Virus record (IMG/VR): IMGVR_UViG_3300048851_000105
Coordinates: 32,001 to 96,000 of that record
Length of the DNA stretch: 64,000 nucleotides
DNA from: a virus
Reading direction: 5' to 3' (one strand)
The notes under the pieces are model-generated. The model ran no database searches. It saw nothing but the letters and a program-made list of their open reading frames with translations, and was not told the origin of the DNA. The translations under genes and the position numbers were made by a program. Shown here one piece after another: positions 55,975 through 64,000 of this stretch (position 1 is its first letter; the number at the start of each line of letters is the position of its first letter).

Positions 55975-57201
55975 TTACCCAATCCAATCCATGCGCATCT
56001 GCGACAGCACGGCCCTGAAGCCGGAGTCCTCGATGAACAGGGGGCTCTTCTGCGTCTTCGTGTCGTCGCCTACCCGGACGATCGTGTAGTCGCTCGGGAC
56101 CTGATTCAGCACGTCCGTCAGGAAGTGGTGATTGACGGCGAACTCGCGCGGCTTCGTGCCTGTCCACTGGACGTCGACGATCTCCTGAGCCTCGTTGCCG
56201 TTCGAGTCCCGGCCGCGCAGCGACAGGCCCCACTTCCCGTCGACCATGATGCGGACGCCGAGGTAGAGCGTCGAGTAGTCCGGGTCGGAGTTGACGCGCA
56301 CACGCTTGACTGCCGCCTTCAACTCGTCTGTGCGCACCGTGAACGACTTCTCGTTCATCATGCCGACCCCGATCATGATGCTCTCGATGTCGGGGAAGGG
56401 CAGCAGGATGCGCTGCGCGATGATGCGCGCGTCCTCGATGTGGAAGTGGATGCGGCGCTCGTTCGCGCCGAACCGGATCATCGTCTCGGGCTGGAGTCCA
56501 CTGAGCAGGTCGAGGACGCGCGCGATGATCTTCACGGGGATGTCCACCGCGATGGTCGGATCGAGCCCGGGGATGACCTGACGGTGCAGCCGTGCTCCGT
56601 CCGTGGCGGTGACTTCTGCGTGGGCGACGTGCGCCTGGAGGAAGGCAGAGCGCGCGGTGCTGGTGTTGGTCGCCACTACGACGGCCTTCAGTGCGCTCCG
56701 GAGGCTCTCTGCGGGCACTTCCGTAGTCTCTACGTCCTCCTGTACCGGAGTGACCGTCAGGCGGTCGGAGATGGGCGTGGCGAAGGTCCACTGGGCTCGG
56801 CCGGACAGGAGGCGGGCCTCGCTCCCCACGACGGAGAACTTCGTCACGCTGGCCGGAGCGAGTTTCAGCGCCTCCAGAATCTTCTTCGCAGGCACGACGA
56901 CGGCGCCGGGCATGAAGACCCGCAACTGGCCGGTGGAGACCACCTGCATCCACTGGTCGCCGTCCGAGGCCGAGATACGCACGTGCGGGACGGTGTCGCC
57001 GCTACTGATCGCCTCGATGAGCATCATGCTCGTGCCGGGCACGACCTCCTTGGAGGGGACCAGAGCCGCGATTCGAGAAACCATCGAGAGGAACTCGCTG
57101 GTGATCATCCCGATGCTGAGGCGTGAGTCCACCGGCACGATGGACGGGATCATCTCGGGATCGGCGTCCTCGCGCTCGACGAGAGCCTGGAGATCGCTCA
57201 C
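55975..57201 (-). CDS. dnaN: DNA polymerase III beta sliding clamp
   Basis: ISASDGD, PGAVVVPAKKI, VTATDGARL, FPDIESI, ELKAAVKRV, FAVNHHFLTDVL, KSPLFI; start placed at the GTGA overlap at 57201. Confidence 0.85.
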   Translation of the reverse strand: MSDLQALVEREDADPEMIPSIVPVDSRLSIGMITSEFLSMVSRIAALVPSKEVVPGTSMMLIEAISSGDTVPHVRISASDGDQWMQVVSTGQLRVFMPGAVVVPAKKILEALKLAPASVTKFSVVGSEARLLSGRAQWTFATPISDRLTVTPVQEDVETTEVPAESLRSALKAVVVATNTSTARSAFLQAHVAHAEVTATDGARLHRQVIPGLDPTIAVDIPVKIIARVLDLLSGLQPETMIRFGANERRIHFHIEDARIIAQRILLPFPDIESIMIGVGMMNEKSFTVRTDELKAAVKRVRVNSDPDYSTLYLGVRIMVDGKWGLSLRGRDSNGNEAQEIVDVQWTGTKPREFAVNHHFLTDVLNQVPSDYTIVRVGDDTKTQKSPLFIEDSGFRAVLSQMRMDWIG

Positions 57202-57455
57202 GCTCCGGCGGCTTCCAGTTCCGTCATGATGCGCTCGACCGCGGCTGCGAGTTCCGCTTCGAGTTCGGACTGGACCCTCTTCACGTCCGTGCCCGTCGAG
57301 ATGCCGAACTCGGCCTTCAGGGCTTCCTTGGTCTGCGCGAGCACGGCCTGGGCCTGCTCCTTCTCGACCTCGGCGCGGGCGATGCGGGAGTTCTGTGCTG
57401 AGATGCGCTTCTCGGCGTCGTTCAGCGTTGCGAGGTGTTCGTCGATGGGTGCCAT
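57198..57455 (-). CDS. Small coiled-coil protein (candidate middle piece of the split SbcC)
   Basis: 85 aa, almost all heptad repeats; ATG abuts GCGTATCACAGGC. Confidence 0.6.
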   Translation of the reverse strand: MAPIDEHLATLNDAEKRISAQNSRIARAEVEKEQAQAVLAQTKEALKAEFGISTGTDVKRVQSELEAELAAAVERIMTELEAAGA

Positions 57456-57473
57456 GCCTGTGATACGCCAGAA

Positions 57474-57509
57474 GCCCCCCGCTGCGCCTGTAAGACGACA
57501 ACGGGGGGC
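57474..57509 (-). terminator. Terminator hairpin
   Basis: GCCCCCCG/CGGGGGGC stem followed by TTCT on the minus strand, downstream of the surface-protein gene. Confidence 0.55.
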
Positions 57510-57528
57510 TCCCAGTGTGGAAGGAGGA

Positions 57529-58818
57529 TCAGGCCTCCTGGTTCTCCTCACGACGACGAGCGAGCATGAACACGAGGGCTCCGAAGCCGACGATGAACGC
57601 GGCCCCGAGGGCGATCGGCAGCGGCTCCACGGTCGCGCCGGTCACGGCGAGGTCATCGCTCGGGCCGGAGGTGTTGTCGCTCGGGACGACCACGACGGGC
57701 GTGGGAGTCGGGGTCGGCGTGGGGGTCGGCTCCTCGGTCACCGGGGGCTCCTCGGTCACCGGGGGCTCCTCGGTCGGAGGCGTGTCGATCGGGCACTCCT
57801 CGTTGGTGAAGTCGTAGCCCTTGCTCAGCGGGATCGATCCGTCGAAGACGTAGCCCGGGTTGGCCGTGAAGTCGACCTGGACGCGACCGACACCGTCGAC
57901 GCGCTGGTCGTCGATGTTCGCCGTCCACTTCTCCGACTCCTCCGGGGTGACCGCGTCATCCGCGATGCCGCAGGAGTCCTTGAACTGGACGCCGGGCTCC
58001 GTGGTGATCAGCGTGACGCAGGGCTCCGTCGTGCCCGACTTCGTGAAGTCGTACTCGGTGCCATCGTGAGCGTCGACCGTGACCGTCCACTCGTGCGCCT
58101 CGTAGTTCGTGTACGAGAACTCGTTCTCGTACGACGTGCCGAACGTGGTGTCCTCGACCGTCTCGCCGTCGATGGTGACGACGATGGTGTTCGTCTTCGC
58201 GGGGACCTCGGGAGTGATGACGATCGTCTCGGTGACCGCGGGGACTTCGGGGGTGACGAGACGCTCCTCCGTGACAGCCGGGATGGCGGGAACCGCGGGA
58301 GTGACGATGCGCTCCTCGGTCACGGCCGGAACGGCGGGCTTGCCTGGAATGGCCGGGACGTCCACGACGACACGGGTGTTGCCGGTGGCCTTCCATCCCT
58401 TCGAGTTCGGGTTGCCCTCGGCGTTCCAGTTCGGGTTCGAGTTCCAACGGGTCTTGCCCGTCTTGTGCTGCACGAACTCGTACTCCGTGTGCGTGACGGC
58501 CGGGACCTCGGCAACGGCCGGGACTTCGGGGGTGACGACGACCGTCTCGACGACAGCCGGGACGCCAGGGACCTCGGGAGTGATGACGATCGTCTCGTAG
58601 ACCGCGGGAACCGCGGGAGTGACGATGCGCTCCTCGGTCACGGCCGGAACGGCCGCCTGCTCGGCTGCGTAGTTGGTCAGCACGACGCTGAGGTCCGTAC
58701 ACGTGGCCGAGACCTCGTTCGTGTGTGCCGAGGCGGGCCCGGCTCCCACCACCGCGAGTGCGGCGGAGGCGATGAGCGTTGCGGCACTGAGACCCAACGC
58801 CCTCTTCAGTCGATTCAT
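57529..58818 (-). CDS. Secreted, sortase-anchored surface protein
   Basis: Signal peptide ending ASA-H; repeated VTP(A/E)VPAV units; TEEPP/PT linker; LAVTG + TM + RRR. Confidence 0.8.
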   Translation of the reverse strand: MNRLKRALGLSAATLIASAALAVVGAGPASAHTNEVSATCTDLSVVLTNYAAEQAAVPAVTEERIVTPAVPAVYETIVITPEVPGVPAVVETVVVTPEVPAVAEVPAVTHTEYEFVQHKTGKTRWNSNPNWNAEGNPNSKGWKATGNTRVVVDVPAIPGKPAVPAVTEERIVTPAVPAIPAVTEERLVTPEVPAVTETIVITPEVPAKTNTIVVTIDGETVEDTTFGTSYENEFSYTNYEAHEWTVTVDAHDGTEYDFTKSGTTEPCVTLITTEPGVQFKDSCGIADDAVTPEESEKWTANIDDQRVDGVGRVQVDFTANPGYVFDGSIPLSKGYDFTNEECPIDTPPTEEPPVTEEPPVTEEPTPTPTPTPTPVVVVPSDNTSGPSDDLAVTGATVEPLPIALGAAFIVGFGALVFMLARRREENQEA

Positions 58819-58920
58819 GATTTCCCTTCGTTCGTCAGGTGATGTACCTGGCCTGTGATACGCCAGACAAAGTGACTGGCGTTTGGATGGCGACCCCCCA
58901 GTTGGAGGGTCGCCGGTGGA

Positions 58921-59292
58921 TCAGTCTTCGGGGGAGTCCTCGGCGAGGACGTCGACCGACAGCGCGAGGGTTGTGCCCAGGAACGGCTTCTTCTGGCGCT
59001 CCGAGAGAGCGTCGAAGTTGAAGACGGGCTTCGTCTCCCAGAACTGCGGGTACTTGTCCTGCGGGTACTTCTCGGCCGCCGACTTCGTGTCCTTGGAGTT
59101 CCGCTCCGACACCGAGATGATGACGTCGCCGACCTTGCGCTTGCCCTTCGAGTTGTAGACGCGTTTGATCTTGGCGTTCAATTCGTCGAACCGATCCTTG
59201 TACTTCTTGAAGACGCGATCGATCTTCGCGTACTCCATGGCCTCGTCCTCGGTGAGAACTTCTCCGGTCTGCTGGTTGACGGCGTCCGACAT
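58921..59292 (-). CDS. Hypothetical protein
   Basis: AGGAGGT RBS; hairpin GGCGACCC/GGGTCGCC follows the stop. Confidence 0.65.
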   Translation of the reverse strand: MSDAVNQQTGEVLTEDEAMEYAKIDRVFKKYKDRFDELNAKIKRVYNSKGKRKVGDVIISVSERNSKDTKSAAEKYPQDKYPQFWETKPVFNFDALSERQKKPFLGTTLALSVDVLAEDSPED

Positions 59293-59716
59293 GTGACCTC
59301 CTGGGATCGTGGGCTTCTTGACCTGTCTCGAACATACCACAGGCACCGTTACCAGTGCAACGTGTTACTATGGACACATGACTGAATCCGCATTGCGAGC
59401 AATCTTCAGATCGCTCTCCCAAGATGAACTCGTCCTCCTCGTCGTCGCCCTCGTTGCGATCGTCTTGGCCATCGCGGCGGCCGCGACCCTCGTGCATGCG
59501 CGCCTCACCCGCGGTCGCTATCACCGGAAGGTCGACTACTCCCCGGGGTACATCCAGGGGCCCCTCGAAGAGCCCAAGCCGGTGACCCTGGAAGTGCGCG
59601 TGATCCGCCCCTCGGAGCCAAACTCCCCATCTACCCAGCGCAAGAAGCCCGGACTGACGGCGCGAGTTGCAAAGCCCTCGAACGATGACTTAGAGTCACC
59701 GGCACGGTAGTAACCG

Positions 59717-60060
59717 TGGGGCCTGCGACTTCGGTCGCCCCAGCCTCTCCGTAGCCGATGACGAGCCACAGTGCTCCTCGAAAAGGCCCGCGATCGCTCC
59801 AAGTGCACACGTGCAACGGACTCGCGGAGGATGCGCTGGGTCTCCTGCCACAGAGTGGATTTTTTCTCACATTCTGGGGGTAGGGGGCCTATGCCCAGCA
59901 TCCTCCGCTCCTACTCCGTTGCAGGAATATCTCCAATCTCAGCATTCAGATCACATAGATCAATCTCATCGCGTGACGTGCGCGTTCTCTGCGCCTGCGT
60001 TCCCTTCACGCATGAATCGTGCGAGGATGCTCTCGTCGACGGATTCCGTCGTGCTACAGG
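59717..60060 (+). ncRNA. Candidate structured RNA or long leader
   Basis: GCGAC-TTCG-GTCGC; about 110-nt rod TGCAACGGA..TCCGTTGCA (59812-59923) with G.U pairs. Confidence 0.5.
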
Positions 60061-60113
60061 CCACAACAGAAGACGCATCGAATCCAGCAACCACTCGATC
60101 GGAAGGACCCATC

Positions 60114-60491
60114 ATGGTCACCAACATCACGCGCCGTCTCGGCGCCGTAGTCCTCTACCGGCTCTCGGAGCAGGACGTGCAGCAGATCATCCAGCGCCGC
60201 CGCTCGGCCGGACTCATCACCTACGCCGGGAACGATCCCCACGAGGGAGACGTCTTCCCCGCAATGATCGTCCGCGACTGGGCGGACCCTGCCATCATCA
60301 GCGCGACCCCATCCACGATGAACATCACTGAGTACGTGGACGGGCAGCCGGTCAACCTCCAGGTATTCCTCGACGGCAACGACGTCTTCTGGTCCACCAG
60401 CCGGAAGCGCGGCCTCGGCAAGGGGCACTGGGAGTTCCTGAGTGTCGTGGTGCAGGATGACGAGCAGTCACGCCGGGAGGTTACGGAGTAG
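60114..60491 (+). CDS. Hypothetical phage protein
   Basis: GGAAGGA RBS; GDVFPAMIVR..VNLQVFLDGND.FW.TS. Confidence 0.65.
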   Translation: MVTNITRRLGAVVLYRLSEQDVQQIIQRRRSAGLITYAGNDPHEGDVFPAMIVRDWADPAIISATPSTMNITEYVDGQPVNLQVFLDGNDVFWSTSRKRGLGKGHWEFLSVVVQDDEQSRREVTE

Positions 60492-60545
60492 GCTCTTCGG
60501 AGTCACGGCTGATCGTTCAATTTGGGGCGGCCCGACATATCCGCT

Positions 60546-60660
60546 AGCGGCAGGCGCCTGCGTCGGCTAGGGAATTGCTGGAAGGGTCCAGGACGTCACC
60601 CATTGGGGTGGAGATGTGGTTCGAGTCCACGACGCCGACAACAGGCACTGACGTGCCGCT
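60546..60660 (+). ncRNA. tRNA-like domain on an extended stem
   Basis: T arm GTGG-TTCGAGT-CCAC; GGTCCAGGAC D-like strand; TCACC/GGTGG stem with a 6-nt loop; enclosed by GTCGGC/GCCGAC, GCCTG/CAGGC, AGCGGCA/TGCCGCT. Confidence 0.5.
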
Positions 60661-61364
60661 CATGCGTAACACAGGCATGAGCAGAATCAGCATCACCGCC
60701 GAGCACGCGGGCCGCACGATCGAAGTCATCGTCGAGGAGGACCTCCAGGAGGAGGTCCTGTCCAACGACACCGGTGTCGAGCACATCCGGACCTTCCCGT
60801 CCCCCGCAGGATTGATCGACGCCGCCGTCGACGGACTGAAGGCAGCGATCTGATGACGAACTACTCCGAGAACCCCGGACACGTCCGGATCGACTTCTGG
60901 AAGCCTGAGAGCGGCAACTGGTACATGACCGAGATGCTCGACATGTCGGACGAGTACGACGCCACTCACGTCTACGCGGCCGTTCGGAACGCGCTCGCGA
61001 AGACGCGCCATGGCCGCCTCGCTGACAAGCGCTGGATCATCACCGTCGCGGAGCCGTACCACGTCAACGCCCACCCGGTGATGCTCTCCCCCGGCCGCGC
61101 TTCGTACGAGGACTGGCCGACCCCCTCGGAGGGCTCACGAATCTTCATGGGCGAGGTCCCCGCGGACGGCCTCTGGAACCTGCCCGACTGGGCGGCGATG
61201 TACCACATTCGCGTCTTCGATCCGGACGGCTGGCGCAACGAGGGCATCGACCCTCACACGCCCATCAGCCAGGACGACTTCTTCCGCCTGGTCTCCGTCT
61301 CGACCGTGGGCGGCGAGGGTTCGGAGCAGTTCACTGTCGAGATGCGCGCCTGGGCGGCGCGGAA

Positions 61365-62012
61365 GTGATTGACCTCGACGAACTCGCGCTGCGGGCAGCA
61401 CGGCGACGCCGGGAACTGGACGCCAAGCAGGGCGAGGCGCGTGCTCTCGTTTCTCGAATTCGATCGCTGCGTGAGGAGGTCGAGATACTCTCGACCGACG
61501 TCACCGAGTTGGAGCAGGTTACCCACCTGCTCAACACGATCGCCGAGGACAAGCAGTTGCGCGCGCAGCAGGATATCGAGGAACTGGTCAGTCGCGGGCT
61601 CCAGACGATCTTCGACGACAGCCTGTCCTTCCACATCGTCCAGAGCGCTCGCGGCAAGACCTCCATCGTTGAGTTCATCGTCCGCACGACTCTCGCTGAC
61701 TCGGTGGTCGAGACCCCGGTCATGGACGCCCGCGGCGGAGGTCTCGCGGCCGTCATCGGCTTCCTGCTCCGCGTGGTCGTCATGCTTCTGCGCGGAGGGA
61801 CTCGACAGGAGAATCTTCTTCTGCTCGACGAGACGTTCGCGATGGTGTCCGCGGAGTACCTCCCCGTGCTCGGAGAATTCCTCCGCTCGATCGTCGAGGA
61901 GACCGGCATCCAGATCGTCATGGTGACGCACCAGACCGAGTTCATCGACTCAGCGGATAAGGTGTACCGATTCAGCCAGGAAGACGGCAAGACGAGGGTG
62001 GTGAGCACATGA
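61365..62012 (+). CDS. SbcC/Rad50-like ATPase, C-terminal half
   Basis: Coiled coil, signature-like ARGGG, Walker B LLLLDE, H-loop QIVMVTH, ADKVYRF; no Walker A. Confidence 0.85.
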   Translation: MIDLDELALRAARRRRELDAKQGEARALVSRIRSLREEVEILSTDVTELEQVTHLLNTIAEDKQLRAQQDIEELVSRGLQTIFDDSLSFHIVQSARGKTSIVEFIVRTTLADSVVETPVMDARGGGLAAVIGFLLRVVVMLLRGGTRQENLLLLDETFAMVSAEYLPVLGEFLRSIVEETGIQIVMVTHQTEFIDSADKVYRFSQEDGKTRVVST

Positions 62013-62509
62013 GCGGGGCCAAGGCTCGTTTCTACGGTCTTCCCGAGGTCGTCGTCGATGCCGCGCTTGCTGAGGGCGCTCACCCGGACTGCCTCGTGGC
62101 GAAGCCGCAGAACACCACCCAGGCCTGCCTGGAGTGCCGCAACATCGTCGTCGCAGCGATCCACATCCACTACCACCGGTACGGAGGCGTCCCGGAGCAG
62201 ATGATGCGTCTGGCCGACGACGTCAAGCGGGAGCAGGCCGGTGACTGAGCCTGTCGAGGACGTCTACGGTCGTGTCCCGAAGCCGGGGGACATCGTGCTC
62301 TTCGTGTCTGGCGACTACCGTCTCCGAGAGGGCAGGGTGGTCGAGCCTCCCAAGGTGACGTCTTCGAGGCCTCGGGTGGCTGAGGAGGGGACGTATATCC
62401 TGCCCCTTCAGCGTTCAAGGAATCCTCGCGCTCGCCCGTTCTCGCGACTGGCGAGTTCAGAGAGGTTCGTCATCACCCAGACAGCGGACGGCAAGCAGGT
62501 GGGCAGGCC

Positions 62510-63598
62510 GTGGTGAACTTGGCCCTGAAGTACCGTCCGCAGTCCTTCGACGACATCATCGGCCAGCGCCTCGCCGCAGTCGTGCTTTCTCGGATGGTCG
62601 AGAAGAGCAAGGTGCCCGAGGGCATCCTGATTGCGGGCCCCTCGGGCACGGGCAAGACCACGGCCGCTCGCGTGCTGGCCTCGAAACTGGATGCCGACTC
62701 GATCGAGGTAGACGGCGCGTCCAAGGGAGGTGTGGCTGAGGTCAGGGCGCTCGTGGAGAGCCTGCGCTACGGCCACGCGGGCGAGCATCGGGTCGTCATC
62801 ATCGACGAGGCCCAGTCCATCACCCGGGACGGATTCAACACCTTCCTGAAGACGCTGGAGGAGCCTCCCAGTGGCACGATCTTCGTCTTCTGCACCACCG
62901 AGCCCGAGAAGATTCCTGAGACCGTCAAGGGGCGCCTGATCGAGTTCGAGTTCCGGAGGGTGACGCCGCAGGACATCTACGATCGGCTCATCTGGATCGC
63001 GGAGCAGGAGGATATCGCCCTGCCGACCGACATCCTCAGCGACATCGCTCAGCGCGCGGACGGGTCTGTGCGCGCAGCCATCATGCTCATGGATCAGGTC
63101 GCGCGTGCAGAGGTAGTCGACCGCGCCGAGTACGAGGACCTCCTGGGCATCCACGACTCCGGTCCGAGGCTTCTGGCTGCGATCGTGCTCGGCAACCGCT
63201 CGCGCGCGTTCGAGATTCTCGACGCGGAACTCCAGGTCGTGGGCTCACCGGCCGTGGTCGTGTCGCAATTGATCCGGGTCATCCGAGACATCACCGTGCT
63301 CCACGGAGGCGGCGTGCTCGAACTCACCGGCCGTGCTCTGGAGATACGCCAGAGCCTGGCGGCACGCACTGATCCGGAGCGGGTGTACCGCTCCGCGCGC
63401 ACGCTCTGGGAGTTGAAGACTCGCATGCGCTTCAACGACGATCCGCGAGGAAATCTCGAACTGGCGCTCATGCTGATGCTCGACACCTACACGGCCGGGC
63501 AGGATCGTGCCAAAGTAGTGCCCAAGCCTGTCGAGGAGCCACAGCCGCCCAAGCGCAAGTTGACCATCGACGAACTGCGACAGAGGAGTGCCTCGTGA
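62510..63598 (+). CDS. dnaX: DNA polymerase III gamma/tau clamp-loader subunit
   Basis: LALKYRPQSFDDIIGQ, GPSGTGKTT, EVDGAS, IIDEAQ, LKTLEEPP, ADGSVR. Confidence 0.92.
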   Translation: MVNLALKYRPQSFDDIIGQRLAAVVLSRMVEKSKVPEGILIAGPSGTGKTTAARVLASKLDADSIEVDGASKGGVAEVRALVESLRYGHAGEHRVVIIDEAQSITRDGFNTFLKTLEEPPSGTIFVFCTTEPEKIPETVKGRLIEFEFRRVTPQDIYDRLIWIAEQEDIALPTDILSDIAQRADGSVRAAIMLMDQVARAEVVDRAEYEDLLGIHDSGPRLLAAIVLGNRSRAFEILDAELQVVGSPAVVVSQLIRVIRDITVLHGGGVLELTGRALEIRQSLAARTDPERVYRSARTLWELKTRMRFNDDPRGNLELALMLMLDTYTAGQDRAKVVPKPVEEPQPPKRKLTIDELRQRSAS

Positions 63599-64000
63599 GC
63601 ACCGTATTCACCGCCGGGACGTTCGACCTGCTCCATCCAGGTCACGTCTGGCTCTTCGAGCAGTGCAGGCGCATCGCCGGTCCGGACGGCGAGGTCAAGG
63701 TGTCGGTCAATACGAGCGAGTTCGTCGCGCAGTTCAAGGCACCGCCCGTGCAGACTTTCGATGAGCGCTACCAGATGGTGAAGGCCATCAAGTACGTCGA
63801 CGAGGTCCTCCGCAACGACAGCGAGGACCTGACGGACCTCCTCTACGCGGTGCGGCCGGACTTCCTGGTGATCGGCTCCGATTGGGCCCAGAAGGACTAC
63901 CACGCCCAGATCAGCGCTCCTCCGAGGTGGCTGGCCACCCACGGCATCACTCTGCTCTACATCGACCGCTGGAGCCCGCACTCCAGCACCGAACTGAAGG
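63595..64000 (+). CDS. Cytidylyl/adenylyltransferase (TagD-like), truncated by the window edge
   Basis: Translated by hand from GTG 63595: STVFTAGTFDLLHPGH..PVQTFDER..IKYVDEV..VIGSDW..HSST. Confidence 0.85.
   Translation, partial: MSTVFTAGTFDLLHPGHVWLFEQCRRIAGPDGEVKVSVNTSEFVAQFKAPPVQTFDERYQMVKAIKYVDEVLRNDSEDLTDLLYAVRPDFLVIGSDWAQKDYHAQISAPPRWLATHGITLLYIDRWSPHSSTELK

Noticed and set aside
57202-57501. N-terminal extension of the beta-clamp ORF given in the ORF track
   Set aside because: It overlaps the coiled-coil gene; GTGA coupling at 57198-57201 marks the likelier start

Overview
High-GC, gene-dense, mostly + strand segment of a large actinobacterial phage (host inferred from WhiB, DUF3039 and an LAxTG sortase substrate; a Microbacteriaceae host is a guess). 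No capsid, tail or terminase genes are recognisable. Replication and recombination genes lie at both ends: putative SSB, RuvC-like resolvase, RecA, Orn-like exonuclease, dNMP kinase, SbcD/Mre11, a fragmented SbcC/Rad50, Cas4-like nuclease, beta clamp, DnaX and a truncated cytidylyltransferase. Between them is about 35 kb of small accessory ORFs, including hicAB, an orphan HicA, a (p)ppGpp-hydrolase-like HD protein, a 5'-nucleotidase, an ART-like protein, an LPD29 protein and an amidase endolysin. Four dispersed regulatory motifs recur. The most unusual signal is non-coding: several intergenic blocks fold into back-to-back hairpins. One block (32.69-32.81 kb) displays near-exact copies of universally conserved rRNA functional centres (16S 790 loop, 16S decoding strand, 23S peptidyl-transferase strand), and two tRNA-like RNAs have broken anticodon arms. 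I infer a possible phage set of rRNA/tRNA-mimic decoy RNAs. All analysis was by eye. No searches or folding programs were run, and many small hypothetical ORFs are not listed individually.
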